DNA from: Oligoflexales bacterium
Lineage (GTDB): Bacteria; Bdellovibrionota_B; Oligoflexia; Oligoflexales; CAIMVM01
DNA: 27,781 nt
Direction: 5' to 3'
Assembly (NCBI GenBank): GCA_964201885.1
Contig: CAXNGG010000001.1
Span: 1 to 27,781 of the forward strand
Each line of letters opens with the position of its first letter. Within the stretch, counting starts at the first letter, position 1. The position numbers and the translations under genes were made by a program. Below the pieces are notes generated by a model, which did no database searches, was not told the DNA's origin, and worked only from the letters and a program-made list of their open reading frames with translations. Below, piece by piece: positions 7,107-13,896 of this stretch.

Positions 7107-8333
7107 CTAGGACTTCGCCCGGTTTTGTTTTCTTGGAAATCCTAAGTTACGCCACGCCCATACAGGTTCGGAAATAGGAAGCCGATTTCTTTGATAGACC
7201 ATAAAAACACCAATAGGTAAAAGGAGTAGATGGGGCCCCCAAGAGGCTAAAATAGCTCCCATATAGCCATTCTCCGAAAGCCACTTAAAGCCGACCGTCA
7301 GAAGATAGCTAACTATAATCACAGCAATGCAAGAGGCGTAAGCAGTGCCTTTGGGTCGGCGCTGCTCACTGATTCCAAAAACTAGGCCAAAGAGAAAGAA
7401 CACTATGGTGCCAAAGGGTGCCGCAAATCGTTTGTGAAACAAATAATTAGCTTTTCTATATTCGGGGGTTTCCGTACCACCGGATTTTTTTTGATCTTTT
7501 ATATAATCTCTTAATTCTGAAATGGGGAGACTTTGGTAGTCGTTACTTAAGGTATCTCCGCCAAATATCTGATCTCTAAATAGGCGCAAAAGATCTATCT
7601 TCATGGTTTCAAAGCGGAACGACCGATAGGACTCACCTTTGGAGCCGTAACCAAATCCGTTTTTTAACGTTAAGACGAGCTTTCCCGTTTCTACAGAGCC
7701 TTCAATCTTTCCTTCAGGCGCAGATAAAGTGAATCCGTCAAATTTTCCTGATCTTTTCTGGGGTGATAGAATGAGTTTTTTATACTGTTTTTTATCGCTA
7801 GAAACCTCTTCCGCGTGGAGAACGAAGCCGAGAAAGTTGTCGACAAAAACGCCGGGCTGAATTTTCGATCTGATAATGTTGTCTAGTTCTGTCTGTGTTT
7901 TGCGGTAGGTAAAGGATAGAAACTCCCGCCGTCCCCATGCCTCCAATTGAGTGGATATATAAAGCCCGCCGCCCACTAGCACCGTTGCTATGATCATTAA
8001 AGGTAAAAGAGCTTTCCGCAGGGAGTACCCGGCCGCAAGCAGGGCGACCACTTCCCCATCTGCTGACATCCTAGAGAAGGCCAGCATCACTGCAAACATA
8101 AAGGCCATGGGTATGGTGAGGCTTAAAAAAGGTACAGCCACAAAGACTATGGGAAGAACCACGTTTTCAAAGGAAAGACCTATGGCTACTAGAAGCTCAG
8201 TAAGCCGAATCAGCTGTGAGATAATCAACACTGAGGAAAAAATAACCACAGTGGATATAAACTGTGGCACAATTTCCCCAAAAAGATAAATAAAAACTCT
8301 AATTTGAATCGTCCTCCCAGACCATCTTACCAT
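7107..8333 (-). CDS. lptF: LPS export ABC transporter permease LptF/LptG family (probably LptF)
   Basis: Three N-terminal TMs, FSRMSADGEVVALLAAGYSL, a periplasmic beta-jellyroll (IQPGVF) and HKRFAAPF followed by three C-terminal TMs. LptF versus LptG is not certain. Confidence 0.85.
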   Translation of the reverse strand: MVRWSGRTIQIRVFIYLFGEIVPQFISTVVIFSSVLIISQLIRLTELLVAIGLSFENVVLPIVFVAVPFLSLTIPMAFMFAVMLAFSRMSADGEVVALLAAGYSLRKALLPLMIIATVLVGGGLYISTQLEAWGRREFLSFTYRKTQTELDNIIRSKIQPGVFVDNFLGFVLHAEEVSSDKKQYKKLILSPQKRSGKFDGFTLSAPEGKIEGSVETGKLVLTLKNGFGYGSKGESYRSFRFETMKIDLLRLFRDQIFGGDTLSNDYQSLPISELRDYIKDQKKSGGTETPEYRKANYLFHKRFAAPFGTIVFFLFGLVFGISEQRRPKGTAYASCIAVIIVSYLLTVGFKWLSENGYMGAILASWGPHLLLLPIGVFMVYQRNRLPISEPVWAWRNLGFPRKQNRAKS

Positions 8334-8466
8334 TGTGCCAAAATTTACAAAAATTTCTAGATACCCGGACTAGGCCTAAATGTGCTATAGTCCCTTTAAC
8401 TGTAAATACTTCAATAAATCTAATCCTTTTCCGAGAAGAGGTCTCCAGGTGAGATGCCAAAAATAC

Positions 8467-9618
8467 ATGTTTTTAAAGGTTTTGGCCCTTCTGATTTCGA
8501 GCCACGTCACGGCAGGTGTCCAAATCCCCCTAAATTTTGACGCCCCTAATGATTCTGGCAAAATTCAGATCCAAGGTAAAAATACGACCCTAGTTCCTAG
8601 AATCCAAGACTATATGGAAAAATTCATCGCGAGCAAAGGCAATCAAATTGCTTCTGTGATTGTGGTCGAGGTGAAGACCGGGAAAATTTTAGCTATGGCC
8701 CAAGGCTTAAAACCTGAAAACTGGGGAAGCCCGGTCAATACGGCCTTGCACAACAGCTTTCCGGCGGCGTCTCTATTTAAAACCATTAGCTCGGCGGCGG
8801 CCATCGAGCTGAGCAACCTAAACCCTGATTTTGAAATCGGCTTAGGTGGCGGCTGCTCCCACGTCATGCCGGATGGTTCTTGGCTTCGAAACACGCCCAT
8901 AGGAAAATTCGGCGGGATCTCACTTAGAAAAGCTTATGGGTTATCGTGCAATGGGTATTTTGCCCGCCTCGCGGTGAGTGACTTAGGCCTTGGGGTGGTC
9001 AATGATTTTGCCCACCGCTTTGGGTTTGACCGGCCTATTCCGGCTGATTTTGATATCCCTGTGAGTCCGCTGAATTCGCCTAATCCCCAAACAAGTTCCG
9101 CAAATACGGTCGGGGCCTTTGCGGCTGGCTTTGGACTCGTCGGCTTAGCCCCTGCGCTCTCAGCCTGGCAAATGCTAGCCATCGCCAACGATGGAGCACC
9201 CATGCCCCTTCGCATCTTGGAGGACTCCTCTCCTTCGATGCCCCCTATGCCTCGGGTCATTAGTGAAGATGCTGCCAAGGTATTGCGTAATGTCATGAGT
9301 CAGACGGTGCTTCGCGGGACGGCAACGGCTGCGTTTCGAAATAGAAAATACACGGCGATTAGGCCTCTTGCCGGCGGAAAAACCGGAACCCTTAATGGAA
9401 AATCACCCGAAGGTCTCACCACTTGGTTTGCCGGCATGATGCCTTTAGGTCGGCCGGAAGTAGTGGTGACGGCAGTTACCGTGGCGGGCCAACGTTGGGT
9501 CATCAAAGCCCCCCAAATCGCCTCTGAAGCTTTGTGGATCTATAACGAAGTTAAAAATGGCCGCTCCGCGACCTATGCTCAAGACACAGAACTGAGACGG
9601 CGCAAGCGTAAGTCTTAA
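8467..9618 (+). CDS. Penicillin-binding protein, transpeptidase domain only (start likely ATG 8467; the ORF track starts at 8380)
   Basis: SxxK (ASLFK), SxN (SCN) and KTG (GKTGT) motifs; VVVEVKTGKILAMA. Short signal-like N-terminus MFLKVLALLISSHVTA. Confidence 0.9.
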   Translation: MFLKVLALLISSHVTAGVQIPLNFDAPNDSGKIQIQGKNTTLVPRIQDYMEKFIASKGNQIASVIVVEVKTGKILAMAQGLKPENWGSPVNTALHNSFPAASLFKTISSAAAIELSNLNPDFEIGLGGGCSHVMPDGSWLRNTPIGKFGGISLRKAYGLSCNGYFARLAVSDLGLGVVNDFAHRFGFDRPIPADFDIPVSPLNSPNPQTSSANTVGAFAAGFGLVGLAPALSAWQMLAIANDGAPMPLRILEDSSPSMPPMPRVISEDAAKVLRNVMSQTVLRGTATAAFRNRKYTAIRPLAGGKTGTLNGKSPEGLTTWFAGMMPLGRPEVVVTAVTVAGQRWVIKAPQIASEALWIYNEVKNGRSATYAQDTELRRRKRKS

Positions 9619-9759
9619 GCTGCGATTTTTGCAGCCCTAATGTACAAAGTAGCCTCTTCTAGGTAAGGCTTTATGCTTTACGTTGCGTGGGCCCTTGATT
9701 TTAAGGTATCAGTGGACTAGCTGACTCGCTAGGCAGCAGCCATGACTTAGGAGAGCCTT

Positions 9760-10704
9760 ATGCAAACCATTCCCGTTGTTGACCTAAATGATTTTAGAAG
9801 TGGCGATCTTGGGCGCCGTCAAAAATTTGTCACCACCCTTGGTGATGCTTTAGTGGATATTGGTTTTTTTGCCATAGAGAACCATGGTGTTCCCACCGAG
9901 CTTATTGAGTCTTCCTATAGACTCGCCCAAGATTACTTTAAGCTTCCTGAAGAAGCCAAGGCCCAATACGAGATCAAAGAGCTCAAAGGTCAGCGAGGAC
10001 ATACGGGTTTTGGGAAAGAGCATGCAAAGGACTCCAAAGCTCCTGACCTCAAAGAGTTTTGGCATGTGGGAAGAGAGCTCCCTACGGATCATCCGCGGTT
10101 TCAGGAGTATCCAAGAAATCTCTGGCCTTCAGAAATTTCTGATTTTAAGCCGAGCTTTAGCCGACTCTATGAAACCCTCGATCATTGTGCATCTGACTTA
10201 CTAAAAGCTGCTGCCTTATATTTGAAACTTGAGGAATCTCGTTTCTCATCCATGGCATTTGAAGGAAATTCTATTTTAAGAGTGATCCACTACCCGCCTA
10301 TTGCCGAGGACCGAAACCCCAGCAGCATTCGTGCTGCAGCCCATGAAGACATCAATCTCATCACCTTACTTTGTGAGGCGACATCCTCAGGCCTTGAGCT
10401 CTTGCAACGTGATGGCACGTGGCGTCCTATTCATGCCCTCAAAGGACAGATCATCGCCGATGCTGGCGATATGCTTCAAAACATCACCAATGGTCTCTTT
10501 AAATCCACAACCCATCGCGTCGTCAATCCTGACAACTCCAGAGAAGAACGATTTTCGATGCCCTTTTTTGCTCATCCACGATCCGAGTGTGATTTAACTC
10601 CCCTCTCATCTTGTGTGCAGATTTCTGGCGGCGACGTGAAGTATCCTAAAATCACCGCTGGCGAGTATTTGGCAAAGCGCCTTCGGGAAATAGGTCTCGG
10701 TTAA
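9760..10704 (+). CDS. Isopenicillin N synthase-like 2OG-Fe(II) oxygenase
   Basis: IPVVDL, GFFAIENHGV, HxD (HEDIN), distal His (THRV) and RxS (RFS). SD GGAG upstream. Confidence 0.93.
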   Translation: MQTIPVVDLNDFRSGDLGRRQKFVTTLGDALVDIGFFAIENHGVPTELIESSYRLAQDYFKLPEEAKAQYEIKELKGQRGHTGFGKEHAKDSKAPDLKEFWHVGRELPTDHPRFQEYPRNLWPSEISDFKPSFSRLYETLDHCASDLLKAAALYLKLEESRFSSMAFEGNSILRVIHYPPIAEDRNPSSIRAAAHEDINLITLLCEATSSGLELLQRDGTWRPIHALKGQIIADAGDMLQNITNGLFKSTTHRVVNPDNSREERFSMPFFAHPRSECDLTPLSSCVQISGGDVKYPKITAGEYLAKRLREIGLG

Positions 10705-10733
10705 AAAACCAAAGTTATTTTTTTGGGTTTAGC

Positions 10734-12278
10734 TCATCTGCAGTAGAGTTGACGTGCTTGCACCCATTCGCTAAACCACACCGGAAACGTGGCGTAAAGG
10801 GATTGGCACTGGGAGGTCGCCAAAACAACAGTATCGGACGATTGGCTGGAAAAGGATTTAACACCTTCAAAAACTAACTCTTGCATTTGAAAGGCGCCGC
10901 CCCGTCTTACTACGGCTCCCATGCGGCGGGCCCATACCACAAGGTTTTTCCCCAAAGTAGCGGAATCTTGACCATAGGAAAGAGAAAGTTGCCTCAGACC
11001 ATAGGCTATGATTGCCCCTAGAGTGTGGGGGCTTTGATATCCGGGAGCGGAGCAGTTTCCGGCTGGGGGAATAGGATCTGAAGCCATGAACTGCGACAAG
11101 ACGAATGAGCTCATGGATTTCGCCTCACCGGTCTGAAAATAGCCTTGATCGGAATTTCTAGAAACGGCTATGCAAGGCACACCTTGGGTTAAAGAATTGC
11201 CGTTACTCGCTGCAGTAGCAAATAAGTCTGCGTACCCTTCATTAACAGCCGACCAAATATCTTGATGGGAGACCGTACGCCCATCCCCTTGCAGAGCGCT
11301 ATTTAGGGAAGAAACTTTTTTATTTTCTAAAGTTTCTAAAGTTTCAAAAGAGTAAAAACCAAACTTTTTGAACCCAAAGAACCTTTCTAAATAGAACGTA
11401 AAGTGGCTTTGGGATTTTGAAAAGAAATCTCTGATTTCCGGTTTGGAATCTGAAACCATGAGCTGATGATCGGAGCTTAGAAGTGCTGATTTTTGAACAC
11501 CCGAAGTGGCTGCGAGTACCAAGTGCCCAAACTCATGGGCTAAGGTCCAACTGGACTCCCATAGATTAAGAGACTGAGACTCTTCGCCAGGTTGCCTCTG
11601 GCTACTAGTCGGATAGATGACAAATGCCGGCTTGTCCAGAAAGGAATCTACAAAAGAAAGATTGTCAAACTGAAACTCCCGACGGTCTCCGGCTCCTGGA
11701 AAGGTATAATGCCTTTCTAAAGCCGGCAGCACCACAAGTGACACTTTAGGAAGTTCTTGGCGTTCTATGGACTGATAGTATTTGTAAATCGAAAAAAGGT
11801 TAGCAAAACTTGAAACCGCCACCCCTTCATAAGAAGATCTAGGATAAAGAAAAGACTCCTGACAAATGGGAAGTAAGATGGGTTTTGAAATCGTCTTAGA
11901 GTCATCCGAGCAACCTTCATTTTGAGAGGGACCAGAACAATCTAAGACCTGATGAACATTCACAACAGTTTCTGCCACAATCCCACCAGAGAGGGATCCT
12001 CTTGACTCCATATTAGAATCGGAAAAACTGTAGGTGCTGATCCGGCTTCCATTCCACACGCGATAGACTAAAGTGGCCACTTTCGGCCTTTGGCCATCTT
12101 GGCCCCCAATGCAAGATCGATCGCTTAACTGATAGCCTTGGAGGACTTCTTGGAACTGAGTGGAATCTCCCAAGGGATTTTCACTGAAAACTTTCTTCGG
12201 ACCGCAGCCCATAAATGACCCATTTAACAAAAGCGTTAACGAGATCCTAGAATAAAATTTGATTGTCTTTGGAACCAT
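10734..12278 (-). CDS. Zinc metallopeptidase lipoprotein, gluzincin (M4 thermolysin/M36-like); start re-assigned to ATG 12278
   Basis: HExxH (LAHEFGHLV), third ligand in NEGYADLFA and a downstream SPH. SD GGAG before MVPKTIKFYSRISLTLLLNGSFMGC (lipobox). Confidence 0.85.
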   Translation of the reverse strand: MVPKTIKFYSRISLTLLLNGSFMGCGPKKVFSENPLGDSTQFQEVLQGYQLSDRSCIGGQDGQRPKVATLVYRVWNGSRISTYSFSDSNMESRGSLSGGIVAETVVNVHQVLDCSGPSQNEGCSDDSKTISKPILLPICQESFLYPRSSYEGVAVSSFANLFSIYKYYQSIERQELPKVSLVVLPALERHYTFPGAGDRREFQFDNLSFVDSFLDKPAFVIYPTSSQRQPGEESQSLNLWESSWTLAHEFGHLVLAATSGVQKSALLSSDHQLMVSDSKPEIRDFFSKSQSHFTFYLERFFGFKKFGFYSFETLETLENKKVSSLNSALQGDGRTVSHQDIWSAVNEGYADLFATAASNGNSLTQGVPCIAVSRNSDQGYFQTGEAKSMSSFVLSQFMASDPIPPAGNCSAPGYQSPHTLGAIIAYGLRQLSLSYGQDSATLGKNLVVWARRMGAVVRRGGAFQMQELVFEGVKSFSSQSSDTVVLATSQCQSLYATFPVWFSEWVQARQLYCR

Positions 12279-12621
12279 TATGCTCTCCGTCAAACTTGAG
12301 CTAAAAATGACCTTGCGTCCTGACCTAAGACCTTGAATCCAAGACCCAGAACCTCCAACCCACTTCAAGTTCTGATCCAAAGTAGAAAAGGTATAACTTT
12401 AGTGACCTTAGCTCTTTTTAATGCTTTTTTAGCTGATTTTATGGCGATGATTACGGTAGAAAGGATAGGTGGTGTCACTTCTTTCGACACCAGTGATGTT
12501 TTGGCAACGGTAGATATAGGTCGAAAAGATCGCAAAAAGAGAGGCGGAAAAAAAGGATTTAGAAGGGATATAGAAATGAGCAAGAAAAAAGACAAAAAAG
12601 CAGGAAGGAGCTAGAAAGGAA

Positions 12622-12647
12622 GCAAAAACAGACCCTCCAAAGAGGGC
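12622..12647 (-). terminator. Possible intrinsic terminator downstream of the gasdermin-like gene
   Basis: The minus strand reads GCCCTC-TTTG-GAGGGT followed by CTGTTTTTG, ~70 nt after the stop at 12716. Confidence 0.45.
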
Positions 12648-12715
12648 CAGTTCGTGGGCTTTTCCTAAAGATGAAATCTCTAAAATAGTCTCTTTAAGAA
12701 AGTGGCAAATGCCAT

Positions 12716-13648
12716 TTATTTATAGACCGCTTGGATAGGAATCATGTTCTTTAGACCCTTTACAAAAATAGGGTTTGATGGGCCAACTGGTTTGGTACCC
12801 GCATAACCTAAAGCTTTACTGCCTGAGTCTGCTGGTAGGGACTCACACTTAAACTGATACTTACCATCTTTGTCCACCGTATTTGCGGAGCAATAGGAGC
12901 CACCGTTGCCTTTGCGGATTTGACCCATCTTATAGCCGATGTACTTCTTGGTAGTGACTTTTAATTCGTATTTTTCAGACACCTGCCAAGTGGTTCCAAA
13001 GCCAAATTCTAAAAGAGTATTGGGGTCGACAACGGTCAAATCAATGGCACCACCATTTGAAGAATAGAATTTGAATGACATACCATCGACCATGAGGGCT
13101 TCTCTAATATAACCTAAGTGATCCAGGGCGTCTTTGCAGTCATTTTGAATGGCTTCTGTCTTGGGATCCATGTAATTTCCAGGCATAGACGTTCGGTAAA
13201 AGGAAATCAGTTTTATGGCATCGATATACTCTCGCTTAGGAGCGGAATAGCTAAATTCAATGGCTTGCGCCTTATCAAATTGGACCCCAGCTTTTACGGG
13301 AGCAGTACCCTTTCCTAGTGCGTCCACTAGACCTATGCGGGCATTTCCGGTGACCTTATAAGAGGATGTTCTTGAAGGAAGGTCTATAGCAGCAAGAACC
13401 CTAAGGTCCGTATTCTTTTGGGTCTGAGGATCCACATCCGGAAAGCAGCGCTGAGGTGGCGCATATATATTCATATCTTTTGCGGAGGCCCCCACCAAGG
13501 TTCCGGTACCTGCCTCAGCGATAGGTGCTTCAAAAGGAATAAATCCTAACTTGAGCAAATCAGCCCTTAAATAGTCTTCCGGTTGCTTGTTTCCGCAACC
13601 TACTAACCCTGTAAAAATTCCCATGGCACACCAAATATTTCGTTTCAT
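12716..13648 (-). CDS. Lipoprotein with a predicted gasdermin-like (bGSDM) pore-forming fold
   Basis: SD GAGGAG and SPII signal MKRNIWCAMGIFTGLVGC (Cys18). The core follows the bGSDM pattern: helix ending LLKLGFIPFEAP, xG-TLVG turn, hairpin 1 (SYKVTGNARIG...VKAGVQF), AQAIEFSYSAP strand, YIREALMVDGMSFKF, hairpin 2 (AIDLTV...EFGFGTTWQV) and YIGYKM, then a tail. The CDS is certain; the fold call is by eye. Confidence 0.65.
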   Translation of the reverse strand: MKRNIWCAMGIFTGLVGCGNKQPEDYLRADLLKLGFIPFEAPIAEAGTGTLVGASAKDMNIYAPPQRCFPDVDPQTQKNTDLRVLAAIDLPSRTSSYKVTGNARIGLVDALGKGTAPVKAGVQFDKAQAIEFSYSAPKREYIDAIKLISFYRTSMPGNYMDPKTEAIQNDCKDALDHLGYIREALMVDGMSFKFYSSNGGAIDLTVVDPNTLLEFGFGTTWQVSEKYELKVTTKKYIGYKMGQIRKGNGGSYCSANTVDKDGKYQFKCESLPADSGSKALGYAGTKPVGPSNPIFVKGLKNMIPIQAVYK

Positions 13649-13896
13649 GGTTGTCTCCTCTAATATTGAATCTCATGACTCGAAGTTCCTGCCAGAAAAC
13701 ATAAATGCTTTTTGTTTTTTGATAAGAATCAGTACTTTACGGTGCACTATTTGGAGATTAGGCCTTCTTAGAAGGCTCTGGTAAGTCGAATTTGCCGAGC
13801 CCTCTAAACCCGTAAGCCTTTGATATTAAGCGGCTTAACACTTCACAGGGGCGAACCTGGTAGACTTTTAGAGAAACTCTCGCATTAGGTGATTTT

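Noticed and set aside
8467..10704. PBP next to an IPNS-like oxygenase as a beta-lactam biosynthesis/self-resistance cluster
   Set aside because: There is no ACV synthetase, NRPS or other pathway gene, and IPNS-like 2OG oxygenases are widespread stand-alone enzymes.
12333..12614. Overlapping 93-aa (+) and 76-aa (-) ORFs between the gasdermin-like gene and the protease, as an immunity or accessory peptide
   Set aside because: Both have TTG starts without an SD, and their composition reflects a purine/pyrimidine-skewed intergenic tract. A small hairpin (12470-12492) flanked by ACGGTAGA repeats was noted but has no supportable function.
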